In this document: one piece after another, positions 1 to 12,559 of the stretch
Layout of the letters: every line of letters starts with the position of its first letter
Numbering within the stretch: position 1 is the stretch's first letter
Assembly: GCA_043228905.1 (NCBI GenBank)
Contig: JBHGNT010000018.1
Span: 17,422,001-17,486,000 of the forward strand
Reading direction: 5' to 3'
DNA from: Azolla caroliniana
Taxonomy: Eukaryota; Plantae; Polypodiophyta
Length of the DNA: 64,000 bases
Position numbers and translations under genes: made by a program
The notes under the pieces: model-generated
The model's database searches: none
What the model saw: only the letters and a program-made list of their open reading frames with translations
Told to the model about the DNA's origin: nothing

Positions 1-175
1 GTCAATACTTCTGTTAGTCCATATGGACTTGTATAAAAGTGCTCATTGAGCACATTCTATGTACAAACTGAGTATTATTTTTTGAACAAATTGTGTGTGT
101 GTGTCCAAGCTCTCCATTAAACCTGTGTTTTCCTACGTTCTGCTTCTGTTGCTTCCGCATGTTGTTCTTTTCACA
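1..175 (+). mobile_element. 3' part of a Copia LTR (same LTR as 41250-41639)
   Basis: Identical to 41465-41639, ending ...tttcaCA. Confidence 0.8.
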
Positions 176-1315
176 AAATTAAACAAGGGAAAGACAACTT
201 AGTAGAGATCAAGATCGAGAATTGAACAATACACCGAGAGAGAGAGAGAGACTCAAAGAAGTAGACAATGTCACTGTATTATTCCTAAAGTTACTACAAA
301 ATGACAGCACTCACATCATCATCATGACTTGAGGAATGTGTTTCTTTTGTTTGATGGAATTGGAACATAGTATGTGTTTCCTTTGTTCCATTTGAATTGG
401 TGTGTAGGGTGGGATTGAGTTTGTAGGGTGCCATTGGAGGCCAATTGTGATATTTTGCTACTGTACATACATTAAGAATGTTGTATAATATTTAGCTCCT
501 GAGAAGGGTTCTATACTTTAGTAAAGTTAGTTACGGAAAGGGGATGAGAGAAATATTGTTGTATTTCCTATTTTTCTGAACAGAACTGACGAAGGAAATA
601 GAATGTCAATTTGCTAACCTAGGCTTCTGAACATACAATGTAGGGCCATCACAATTATCCTCAATGCTTTGTTCCTGTTTTTATTATTATGAATTATGAA
701 CAATTTGTAAGTTGGAGTTTGCCATTGCATGCAACAATACAAAGGTGTTAGATTAGAACACAGAATGACCAACCATGAATGGGTACTAATTCGTAACCAT
801 GCAGGAAAAATGTGGTATTTAACTCACACATTGGTAGACAATGGTGGAAGCCACAATAAATTTGCATTGGAGACATGACCACGATTTTCCTGTGGTAAAA
901 ATACATTTCAAGCACAACATGCACAATAACTTCCAATGGCGTCGAGTCGTACCTAGTGCTGGCGCGCTCGCTACAAGAGTTGACCCACCACAAGACAGAG
1001 TCTCGACGTAGTGAACAAGATGATGAAATGAGGGTAGCTATGCCTCTTATTTATAGCGATACCCAAGGCCCCCAAGCAAGTTCACACTTGGCCTAATGGG
1101 TTGTCTCAATCCCGAGGATTAAAAGTAATCCTCCCCTTCTTTACGCTCTCGTTTAACCCTCACACTTATCCACATGTATAGAATGCATAGTCTAAGTGAC
1201 ATATTGTATCTAGGATGAAGATTTTAATGGAAGATTGGATCAATGCAACTGAATTGAATAAATTAATATGCTAACATGATCCCATTCCTTCTTATTGATA
1301 GCCCAATGTGATCTA

Positions 1316-1948
1316 CCATACGTGCATTCGCATTCGAGAATGATTCAATGAAACGTGTATGGTAAATCATTTCAAAGTTGGGAAAAAAATAAAGATTGGA
1401 ATTTCAAAAAAATAACTATGGTCTATCTTATATATTGATTGAATAAAAAATTGAAAGTTCAAAACTTAGGAATTACTTAACTACTAAACATTAGAAAGCA
1501 CAAACATAAAAATCAAATAATTCAAAGACATAATTGTATTGATGATGAGCTCATCTTGCAATTATCGATTTTCTCATCTTGCAACTAGTGAAGGTATCAA
1601 TTTCTTCACTTTAGAACTTTACAAAAAAATGAGTATGAACTATAGAGATTGAATAAAAAGATGTCATTATACATTATAATCAAATGTTCAAAAACTCATA
1701 AAACGTATAAGAAAACATGAGGCTAACATAAAAATTTATTATGACATCACACTAAAGAGAGAGAGATAGGGAGAAAATTGGAATTCGAACCCAAGACATA
1801 CATAAGTGATAGTAGCACAACAACTTACCACTAGGGTGAGCTCATCATCAATAACACAAAAGGATAAATAAGAAAAAACAAGAAACACCTAAATTTCCCG
1901 TTTCAAACGTTTGTATGCTTGCATGAACACGTTTATTACTTTATATGG
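1316..1948. mobile_element. Non-autonomous DNA-transposon-like insertion (copy at 42780-43412)
   Basis: Termini CCATA...TATGG flanked by a 5-bp direct repeat ATCTA (1311-1315, 1949-1953). The paralogous site near 30020 (gtgatctaaccatctc) is empty. Confidence 0.65.
1537..1853. mobile_element. MITE-like element nested in 1316-1948 (copy at 43001-43317)
   Basis: Perfect 17-bp inverted repeats tattgatgatgagctca (1537-1553) and tgagctcatcatcaata (1837-1853), with TA at both ends. Confidence 0.6.
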
Positions 1949-2631
1949 ATCTAACCATCTCTCAAAACAAACTTGGAGAAGGTAACAATGTGTGAATTTA
2001 CTAATATGTTAGGCCATGGCCATATTGCCATCCGTCGACTTTCCTTTATGTCCACGAATGTGAAACTCGCGACATGTCCATGATATCTAATGCATGTCCA
2101 TGATATGTATCTCATGCATGGCATGCAATCCCATCATCTCATTAATATTTACACAAACAAAAAATATTTCAAATGATTCCACTTCATTTATGTATTTCAT
2201 GTATTTATTCATTTAATGGCTTGAACGTACGAAAAGTCTGCGAAAGAAGTAGCAACAGAATACGAAGAAGAAGTAGCTCATTATCTAGTTCCTGCTTTTC
2301 TCCATCTCCATCCCCACTGATCCTCCAAATCATGATAATAGAGATGTTGTCACAAATGGATTAGCAAGTACATACCCTTAGTATCTTTAGCTATAAATAC
2401 TTTAATGTTGGTGCTTGCATACTTGATTGACTAACGCCTCTAGTATGCCACTTCTTTCAAAATACGAGAGAATGCTCCTAATTTAGGAGTTGAGAAGTAT
2501 TCTAGGTTTTTGTTAACCACTAGGAAATAATTTTGGAAAGTCATACGATTCTCGTCTTAGGTGGAATTTTCATGTATTCCCTCATCCTGCTCTCTTGCAC
2601 TTTCTTGCATCGCTTGAACACACCTCCACAG

Positions 2632-2930
2632 AAGCTTTCTCTATTCCTCCTACTTCATCTTTCTTGCTTATATTGGTGTGTGTGCTAATGCATTTATCAT
2701 CGTGGAAGAATACTAGGAACAAGGACAAAAGTGAAGGGATTTAATGTCAATCACATATTTTAACGTGTTGGAAGTAAGCTTAAGCTTTCTCTATTCCTCC
2801 TACTTCATCTTTCTTGCTTATATTGGTGTGTGTGCTAATGCATTGATCATCTTGGAAGAATACTAGGAACAAGGACAAAAGTGAAGGGATTTAATGTCAA
2901 TTACATATTTAAACGTGTTGAAAGTAAGCT
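2632..2930. repeat. 150-bp x2 tandem duplication (copy at 44096-44394)
   Basis: aagctttctctattcctcc starts at 2632 and 2782; units near-identical. Confidence 0.9.
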
Positions 2931-3294
2931 CAAACTTGGAGTATGGAAATATTGCCATAAGACTAGACCAATCAAAGTTTGGATTAAGTAATCACACCTT
3001 GAGTGATTGGTTTGTATATTTTCTTGCATACGATTCGAGGGAGATAGGGTCGAGGGGACATATAGTAAGTACTTCATGGATTGACAGTCCCAAACACCAA
3101 ACATGATGGGCATGATGACTGCATGAATAATCAAGTTGCATATCTCGTCTAGGATGCAAGATGACTCACTCTATAGGTAAAATGATAACAGGAACCTAGT
3201 CCTCCTTAAAGCCCTCCCGACCAAATGAAATCTCAAAACACATCGCCCACACAGACACACACACACACACACACACACAAGCAAATGTCCTCGA

Positions 3295-4247
3295 AACTCA
3301 TGCTTTTGCTCATGTCTCCTCATGCATATTGATATAATAAACCATCTCATGCATGCATGCATGACCATGATGACCCATCTATGCATGGGGGTAGATTGTA
3401 GGTACATCATGATTCATCATCCCTAGTTAATACATACATACATACATGCATGCATAACATATGTACAAAAGCAAAAGCAAATAACAGTTTCGAATGAATG
3501 ATTCCTCTATCTCTCTCTCTCATTCACATTCAATGAAATGCTTTGCCGCCCTTCATTCATTTCTAATTCTTCTTCAAACCCATGAATGATGAAATGCCTG
3601 CAAAATATGCTACCTGCCATAGCCCGTACCCCCCTAGAAGAAGATGTCATTTCTCTCTCTATCTCAGTCTCTCAGAGAACATACCATCGCATTCTCTGTC
3701 ACCGAAGATGATCAAATCCAAGCATTGAAGTGTACATGACAGCCACACCAAGTGGAGGTCGACTAACTCCTTTGTTGGCTAAAGAATCTGCAGTTAGTAA
3801 CAGTCATTATATGCATGTATCCATTCTTCCTAGTCGTATCAATAAAAGGTCTTGAGAGAGACCCTCAGAAGATCATTTGAACAATTGCCCACTGCTGAGC
3901 CCGCCATTGCCATGATCATCATCTCCCCACAATTTGTGACCATATTGCCCATTCATCGGCCACACACATGCACATTTATAATGTACGCAAGGATTCCTTT
4001 ATAATGTCACTGAAACTCATGCCTCCTCATGCATATTGATATAAATTTATAATATAAACCAGCTCATGCCATGCATGCATGACCATGATGACCCATGCCA
4101 TGCATGGGGGGTGGATGGTAAGTACATATATCATCCATCCCATCATCTCTACTTAATGCATACAAACATATGTACATACATGCAATTAATACATACGTAC
4201 ATATCTACAAAATCAAAAGCAAATTATAGTCTCGAATGAATGAATGA

Positions 4248-4290
<43 letters not shown>

Positions 4291-4400
4291 CACATTCAAT
4301 GAAATGCTTTGCCGCCCTTCATTCATATCTGATTCTTCTTCAATCCCATGAAATGCCTGCTGCAGCGTTCTGTCTGCCATGAAGAAGATGTCATCATCAT
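3295..4400. repeat. Diverged local duplication (~3295-3660 vs ~4015-4400), CATGCA-rich
   Basis: Shared ctcatgcatattgatata, catgaccatgatgacccat and cattcacattcaatgaaatgctttgccgcccttcattcat blocks. Confidence 0.8.
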
Positions 4401-4476
4401 CATCATCATCTCTCTCTGTGTGTTTCAGTGGAGGTGAGGTGGCCATTGATTGGAGCCATTCTGTGTGTGTGTGTGT

Positions 4477-4513
<37 letters not shown>

Positions 4514-5220
4514 ACTTAGTATTGATCGATCAAGCCAAGTGCCTTTTCTTCTTTCTTCTTCAAATGGATACAGTTGTTGATCTCCTAAACCTACCTGCAG
4601 TATGATCCTCCTCACGTCAAGAACAAATCCACGCATTAAACTGTACATGACACACACACACACACAGAGATAGACAACGTGGAGGTCTACTAACTCCTCC
4701 ATCATTTACCAAGCTTCTCCTCGCGACTTGACTTACGCAGAAAACACTTTCAGTCTTATTTGCATCACAGTGCCTCCATAAGACTATTGGCTTCGGTTTC
4801 AGAGAAGAAATTAGTTTTGAGGGTACAATTGGAGGACCAAGAACTTGGTTTTTGCCTTTGCCTGAACCTGTAGAACCAGCTTTCCATCACTCGTGAACGT
4901 GAAATCTCCTGCAGCACTTTCTACTCACTTTTTTTTTCTCAATGCTCAACACTATTTCGCACGAATTCAACGGAGTGATTAAACGAACCTTCCCATTTTC
5001 TGCAGCATAAAGATGGATGTAAATATCTTCTTCTTCTACTTCTGAATGAGATTATCTCAAGCGCATCAACTCTAACAAGCTCTACTTCTCCATCTCCTGT
5101 GACAAGGTATTGTCCTTTGCACCATCTTTTGGATAAACCCCAACGGAAGCCTGAAGTCTTGATCTTTCTCGCTTTTCCATCATTGAACCTTCGATGTTTT
5201 TTTGTTCCTCTCATTTTCAG

Positions 5221-6307
5221 GTCCCTTTGATTATTCATCTTCTTATAACATCGCTTTTCTGCGCGTGGATAAAATACTGTAAGTAAAAAACAATTCCTTT
5301 TCCCTCCGTTCATTATCTGTACAGAAAGAAAGAGAACGAGAGGGAAATCTCCGTTCGTGTATTACTACAAGTCAAAATTTGAGTTTGGGAAGTTTCTTTG
5401 ATTTATCTCTTTACATTCGGGTGATATTGTTTGTGGAGTTTTGGACAAAACGTCGTTTTGATTCATCCAATCAGAGGCATTTTAAGGATTTTCGTTTTTG
5501 GCGTTCATTGATTATTCGAGAAAAATTTCTTTTGAAAACTCTGTTTGATGTTTTCCTCATGTTATTTTGTGGAGAGTATGTTCTCATTGAAGATAAAGAC
5601 ACTCGCTTGAGTTTCTTTTCATATGAATTTTCTTTTGGTAATGTTCATGCTTTACTCTCAATCAAAATTTGGTCCAACCATTCCTTTGCATCGTATTGTG
5701 GAACTCCGTTTTTCTTTCATATGAAAAACTAGGGAAATTCGTGTGTTCATGCATGCCATTCTGTTTATGGATGTTCATCCGTCCAAATGGAGACATATCA
5801 AGGATTCTCGTTTTGCTATTCATTTAGTGTGAGTAAAGTCCGTTTGATTTGGTCATCTTTATCTATTTAGACTAGACATCAATCCACATCCCTTTGGTTC
5901 ATCCAAATTGCACTAGTTTAATGATAAGCATATTGTGGAACTTCATGCTCCCCCCATAACATGATCTCCTTGGAGTACCATCTTATCACCTCTAATATTT
6001 AGTGTCTTTAGCTGTTAGGAGGATTTCCCTAATCTTGAACGAAATGTCATTAACCAATAATTAAAAAGGAACCAATGGTTATATTCAATCTCATAGAACG
6101 TTCAAATGATAGAGTAAAGTGGCATGTCTCTTGCATCCTGACATGGAGAAGCTCAATACTAAATGTCTCTTTCACTAATGACTTAAAGGGAGGTTGTTTA
6201 CCACATGTTTGTTACTTGCTCGGTTCATCTATTTGTAATTTGTAGACAAAGTGTGCCCCTGTGAAAATGTTTTTTGGATATGGGTCCGAATGGTTGTCCC
6301 ACTTGTG
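5221..6307 (+). ncRNA. Spliced + strand unit, probably non-coding (exons 5221-5278, 6246-6307); paralog of 21100-22601 and 31159-31217
   Basis: ttttcag|...ct|gtaagt and ttgtag|...gtg|gtaata splice signals are shared among paralogs, while indels break any common reading frame. Confidence 0.35.
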
Positions 6308-6946
6308 GTAATATGTTCCTGTATGGGACTGGGACTGAATGGTTGTTCTTTGGTTGAGTATGCTATCATTTGAACCAGCTCATGCACATTTCTAGGCATA
6401 GATGTCATGGTTTAGCAATTATATGTAATGACCAAGAATGGAAGCATTCAAGTGCATGATAGATGTCGTGTCTAGCCCATGTTGAAGTTCAAAATTAAGA
6501 GACTCAACATGTTGGTGGCAGGCCTTCAATTCTTTGTTAAAGATAATTGAGAACCAAGAAAACACTCATTTTTTGACCTATTTAAGAATGGAAGTCTTGT
6601 GTTTTCTATCCACAGAAATATAATGATCGGAAATACATAAATTACCTTATAGAGTAATGGTCCATAGTACGTAATACTCTCGAATGCGTTGGCAAACATT
6701 CTTCTTCATTCGAATGCAAATGGATGTGTATGTTATCAATAAGGAATACCTTAAAGTTTTTACCTTAAAAAACAAATTACCTTATAATAAATAAGGAATA
6801 CAAAAGTTAGTTATCTACCATACTTTGAGGGTGTTTACCATACTTGAATGATTGAAACATTTTCCAATGAAGGTTTTGAATTGAGGAACCTTTTAGATAT
6901 TGTCCTAGAGCATTGCATTAATATTGGGGTTGATTTTTCTGCTGAA

Positions 6947-7313
6947 TTGCAATGATGTGCATGTCATTACAGTAAGAGTGATGCAAGATTTGGAATCATC
7001 CAGGGGTTTGGAAACCCCATGGACTGATGGGAAAGAGTGACTTGACTGAGCTGCAATGATGTCCATATGTCTTTACAGCAAGACTGATGAAAGTTTTGGA
7101 ATCATTCAGGGGTTTGGAAACCCCATGGACTGATGGGAAAGAGTGACATGACTGAGCTGCAATGATGTGCATATGTCTTTACAGCAAGACTGATGCAAGA
7201 TTTGGAATCATTCAGGGGTTTCGAAACCCCATGGATTGATGGGAAGGAGTGACTTGACTGAGCTGCAATGATGTGCATATGTCTTTACCGCAAGACGGAT
7301 GCAAGAGTTGGAG
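6947..7313. repeat. 106-bp x~3.4 tandem repeat with internal palindrome GGGGTTT-NN-AAACCCC (copy at 48399-48765)
   Basis: ctgcaatgatg at 7051, 7157 and 7263; single diverged paralog near 33675. Confidence 0.9.
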
Positions 7314-8145
7314 AAATTCCTCGAGCATTGATTTTATCCGTATGCCTTCTTTTAGCCGCTAAAGCCGCGACAACACATCCAACTTTGGTGGATGACAATG
7401 CTACGGTAGTATGTGTCTTCAACTTCCACGAAATTGCATCGCCAGCAACTGTGTAAACATAACCACCTGTTGACTTGCGGTCATCCACATCTACCCCCCA
7501 ATCAGAGTAACACCAACCAAATTGTTGACTGGAGGGGTTTGTCCATCCTTGCACAAGTGTGGTTGACTCAGATTGTGTGGCTGATTAAGTCAATGTATAA
7601 TGGTGAATATGTTTCAAATATCGTAGTAATCGCTCGACCGCTATCCAATGCTTTGGTCTTGGATTGGCCATGAAACAAGAAACAAAACCAACGGCAAAAC
7701 AAATATATGGACGTGTGCATCTTTCTACGTATCTTATACATTTATGGATTTGTTTATAAGGCACATCCTTCATTTCGGAAATTTCTCGTTCTATTTTTGG
7801 AGAATCATCATTTGAGAGTTTACAAGGAGAGGTAAGCGGAGTACTAATGGACTTATTATGGAGCATATCAAACCTTTGGAGAATGGGATTAATATAGTTT
7901 GATTGTGATAATGAGATAGTATGATTTGTTCCATTTTGAGTTACTGTAATGCCAAGAAAATGTGTCATAGTGCCTAAATTCGTGATATGAAAGGCATATG
8001 CAAGTTCCTTCTTTGCAATAGTTAGATAAGATTTAGAATTAGAGATCAAGTGCAAATCATCGACATAGACACCAATGATAACAAAAATGGATTTGACTTT
8101 TCTAATATAGATATTTGGCTCATTGTTTTGATGATGATGAGTTGG
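7314..8145 (-). mobile_element. Degraded Ty1/Copia RT-RNaseH fragment (copy at 48766-49597)
   Basis: IIGVYVDDL, FLGI..., LSQSNYI, HWIAVERLLRYLK, YSDWG..DDRKSTGGYVY..AISWK motifs; frameshifted. Confidence 0.9.
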
Positions 8146-8870
8146 CGTGATAGCATCATCACCAATGGTCTCTCTAATTGCGTCCACATGAAAGATGGTA
8201 GTCTTGGAGCCCAAACCGCTGATGCATACATGAGGGAGGGGGTCACTAATGAGTCAAAGAGCCACCCTTTAGTCCATGGCCCTTGAAAGTGTGCTTGGTG
8301 GCATTGTCTCTCTAGAAGTGAGAGGGATGCATGTCCTCTCTTGAGTCTATCCTTCGCTGCATGTGTCATCGAAAATTTACATGAGCGGGCACTAAAAGTG
8401 ACTCCGAGATAGACGTACGATCCAACCACCTCGACTGGGCTATGGGAGATAGTTAGGTGACACTTAGCTCTAACTTGGGCCGATGTGTGGAAGATAAGGA
8501 CTTTCGTTTTCCCTAGATTCACTACCAATCCTCGTTGTACACAAAAGTCATCTAAGGCATTAAGGTGCCTCTGTAGGTCGTGTTCGGATTCAGAGAGCAA
8601 AACTATGTCATCCGCATAGAGCAAGATACGAACCTGCGTATCCCCAAGGACCACTCCGGTGCCTCCCTCACGAGCAATAAAATCTGTGATCTCATCAATG
8701 TAGATCCCAAAAAGCGTCGGTGATAGGGGGCAACCTTGTTTTACACCCTATACCATATAACTTAGCAAGGGTATGGCCTATCATAATGGTCCTATATGTA
8801 TTTGGGTCCATGGGGTCCCCCCCTTTATGTATGGGGGCCACTATATTCATAGTCCACTGTATCCATTTTT
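8146..8870 (-). mobile_element. Non-LTR (LINE) RT fragment (copy at 49598-50322)
   Basis: PIHKGGDPMDPNTYRTI, ILLYADDIVL, GLVVNLGKTKVL, YVYLGV motifs. Confidence 0.9.
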
Positions 8871-9809
8871 CGTATGTTTTGCGGATGCCGTCACTTACGT
8901 GCATTAGAATTTCCATTCTTGCGCATAGGTCTTTTTCCTCATATTCTTTAAGTTCTTCTCCTTTTTCAGGTTTTGTTAATGATCCTGAAATTATGTCCCA
9001 TAGTTTATTATATTTAAAGAGTAATTCTAATCTTCCCTACCATATTCGATAAATTGTGTTTGCCAGTTTGTTGATTGTAAACTTTCGCATGTTGGGTTGC
9101 GACGACGACATGGATTGTGCATTTATTGCAGAGGATTGTCTTGATTAGTGCTTGGCAAACACAAACTTGACTTTCATTATTTCTCAACTTTAGTCACTAC
9201 AAATTTGCTTCCTCAGTGATCACACATTCAGTGGAAGCGATCACATGCTGCTCGGTTTTGAGACAATTAGACCAGAAAAAGAAGACAGAGAATAATTTTT
9301 TACCGGACGAAAACTAGAAAGAGAATATTCTACGGTCCAAAGAGAGAGAAAAATGAAAAATAAGAAAACGAGTGCATCGCAGCCGTTGAGAAAAAACATT
9401 TCTAGAAAAATAAAAGGACGACATCCAGCCCATCGGAACCGTGCGCCGTCGGATGGACGTGAGAACGGCGGATAGACGTGAGAATCCAACGACCCACGAT
9501 TGCTTACTTACAACGCAAACTGTCTTCTGCCCATTTCCTGACAGAGAAACATCAGTTGCAAGAATTTCGAACAGTCAGAGAGAGAGAGCGCGCAAGGAGC
9601 TTTGAACACCATCGCCATCCTGCTCAACCCATTCATCGAAGCGACCTGAACAGCAGTTGCCTTGCAGGGTAAGGAGGAACCCACATTCTTAATATATGGA
9701 CATGACAATTACCTGCAGAATCGTATCTGATCAATCGTATACTAGTTAGTAGGTGGGACATCACCTTCACCTGCCTCGGCTTCAATTGACAATCAATCCA
9801 ACCCAGAAT

Positions 9810-12559
9810 ATGGTTGCTGCTAGCGTGGGCAGAGATACCCAAATCAGTCCTAATGATGAATTGGCAGGATTACTATTAGATGAGAAGGAGGTGGAAGACT
9901 TCCAACAGTTGGTGCTTCAATTCCTCCACCAAACAGAAGAAGATCAATCAATCAGGACTGACTCCTTGGAGCTTCCCATCACATCAACTTCCGACGACAA
10001 TGTGGACTTATATGCAGACGAGCTAGAGCAATTCCTGCTCCTGCATCAGGAAAATCAAGAGATACCTGAAGCTCTGACATCCGCAGGTCCATTAGGAGCT
10101 TCCAATATCAATAAATGTGTGCGAATAAAAAATGTAAACAAGTTTCTGAATTTTTTATGGATGATAAAGCTGCAGCGGGTTGCACAGAATCTACCGTCAC
10201 ATCTTTCTGCAACAATTATGCAGAGGAGCTGGTCCTCATGCTTGATGAGGATCACGAAATACTTAAAGATAGTCCTGAAGATCCTCCAGCTCCCAGCTCA
10301 GCAGGTGAATTGGGAACTTCTGCTTTCCCACTCTGTTAATATATTCCATGGACTCAATACCTAAATCATTTTCTAACTTATATCATGACGCTGCAGCTGG
10401 TTATACAGCGCTTCGCATGAGACCTTTTTCTGACAATTATGCAGAGGAGCGGGATCTTGATGAAGATCGTGAAAGAATGGAATGGAATTATGAATATCCT
10501 TCAGCTTGGACATCAGCAGGTGAATTACTAGTTTCTGCACAAAAGTACAACCTCAATCAATATGCGCAAATGACTAAATAACCTTCTAACTTATATGTAG
10601 ATCATGAAGCTGCAGCAGGTTCTACAGATCCTCCCATCACATCATTTTCAGATATGTATGCAGAGGATCTGGAGCAGCAATTACTGCTCCTTCTTGATGA
10701 AGATCATGAAATAATCAAAGGGAGCCCTGAATATCCTCCATCAACTACATCAGCAGGTGAATTAGTAGCTTCTGCTCATAACTAAACTGTCATTATAGTG
10801 GCATCGATAAATTGACCACATAACCTTCTAACTTATACTAGATCGTAAAGCTGCAGCTGGTTCTACAGAGGCTCCCATCATACCATTTGCTGACAATTTA
10901 TTAGAAGAGCTAGGGCATGATGAGGATCGTGAAAGAATTGAATGGAATTATGAATATCCTCTAGCTCCGACATCAGCAGGTTAATTAGTACCTTCTGCGC
11001 ATAAGTACAGTCTCAATCAATATGTGCAAATGACTAAATAACCTTCTAACTATTATATAGATCATGAAGCTACAGCTGGTTCTACAGAGCCTCCCATCAC
11101 ATCATTTTCAGATATTTATGCAGAGGATCTGGAGCGGCAATTATTGCTCCTACTTGATGTAGAGCATGAAATAATCGAAGGGAGTTATAAATATCCTCCG
11201 TCAACTATGGCAGCAGGTGACTTAGTAGTTTTTGCTCATAATGGCAATGTCAATATAGCGCATCAATGAATTCATTACATAACCTTCTAACTTATATTTG
11301 ATCGTAAAGCTGCAGCTGGTTCTACAGAGGCTCCCATCAGACCATTTGCTGAAAATTTTGTAGAAAAGCTAGGGCATGATGAAGATCACGTAAGAATTGA
11401 ATGGAATTATGAATATCCTCTAGCTCCAACATCTGCAGGTGAATTGGTAGCTTCGCCGCATAAGCACAATATCAATCAATATGTGCAAATGACTAAATAA
11501 CCTTCTAACTTATATGTAGATCATGAAGCTGCAGCAGGTTCTACAGATCCTCCCATCACATCATTTTCAGATATGTATGCAGAGGATCTGGAGCAGCAAT
11601 TAATGCTCCTTCTTGATGAAGATCATGAAATCATCGAAGGGAGCCCTGAATATCCTCCATCAACTACATCAGCAGGTGAATTAGTAGCTTCTGCTCATAA
11701 CTAAAATGTCATTATAGTGGCATCGATCAATTGACTACATAACCGTCTAACTTATATTAGATCGTAAAGCTGCAACTGGTTCTACAGAGGCTCCAATGAA
11801 TAATGCCCAGGATGATTTTATACTTGCAGAGCTGCAGCAGCAGACAAATGGCACGATCATCATTGAGGAGATGACGGAAGAGTTGGATGCCATCCTGCTA
11901 AATGCTGAAGGCGGCTTGAAAAAGGGGCTCATGACACCAATGACCAGTACCCAATTCAAGGTTCTGGAGGCCTTCTTCAAGACGGGCCTGCCCACGTTAC
12001 CACTCGGTTGGTTCAGCCTCGCTTCAGCTGCAAGGTGTGCTTCACACCACCCCATTCTCCAGAGAAAGACTGGAACCAGCAAAAGCAGGAGGAGAATGTG
12101 AATAAGAGGAAGAAGCTGGAGTTTACGCTTCACCAAGAGGAATTGGAAATGCTGGCTGGTGCCTGGGGAGGGCTTCAAGCGCTGGTACAACGTTTCTGGT
12201 CGATGCCACATGTCATCGAAGTTCTGGAGGCCAACAAATTTATTCCGTGTAGCAGCCGCCGCTGCAAGTCTGAGAGTCCAACCAGGTCATCGCCAAAGAG
12301 GAAGAGGAGATCGTGGGAGTCGAAGCAGGTCAATGATGGTGGTACTGCTGCTGAGAACGTGATGGATCGTCATGATGAGGATATGTTGTGGATGGAATCT
12401 TTTAATTCCATCATCGCAGCAGAGAGGCTAGGTAGTAGTTCTGCTGCCTATAGCCCTAGAAATACTAATCCTAATAATAATGATAGTGATTGGTATTATG
12501 ATTACTATATGAGTTGCAGCAATCTAAACAATAACAACATTGCTGCTTTCACTTGGTAA
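9810..12559 (+). pseudogene. Dof-like gene copy A: 9 predicted exons, zinc finger deleted and frameshifted (pseudogene or truncated ~536-aa protein ending at 12101)
   Basis: Exons 9810-10086, 10170-10304, 10397-10519, 10601-10756, 10842-10979, 11061-11216, ~11310-11438, 11520-11675 and 11761 onward; all open, with phase-1 GT-AG introns. Lacks the 64 bp equivalent to 35859-35922. Confidence 0.8.
10397..11795 (+). repeat. Tandem exon-intron repeat array (alternating 156-bp and 138-bp exons, ~81-85-bp introns, ~460-bp dimer)
   Basis: Recurring ccttctaacttata..ag|ATC...gctgcagc.ggttctacag...CAGCAG|gt.aatt; dimer starts at 10601, 11061 and 11520. Confidence 0.92.

Noticed and set aside
746-1173. 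Possible solo LTR (TG...CA with internal TATA); likewise 16983-17302
   Set aside because: No matching target-site duplication and no second copy outside the segmental duplication.
1779-1840. tRNA gene (also 16925-16982)
   Set aside because: Only A/B-box-like motifs are present; no acceptor stem or cloverleaf could be built.
4213-4705. Short ORFs with ERERER, CVCVCV or poly-D runs
   Set aside because: Translations of (GA)n, (CA)n and (CAT)n microsatellites; the frame is not conserved in the 3480-3660 paralog.
6947-7313. Palindrome-containing repeats resembling a CRISPR array
   Set aside because: Whole 106-bp units repeat with no unique spacers, there are no cas genes, and the context is eukaryotic.
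9753-10364. 203-aa single-exon ORF (also 34321-34725 and 51205-51816)
   Set aside because: Read-through of exon 1 into intron 1; the conserved donor at 10087/34598 and the downstream frame favour the spliced model.
10397-11760. Repeat array as CRISPR or non-coding satellite
   Set aside because: There are no unique spacers, and the frame-preserving exons with GT-AG introns explain it as coding.
11747-12211. Minus-strand ORFs over the Dof-like exon (also 35859-36131)
   Set aside because: Antisense shadows of the coding strand with no recognisable motifs.
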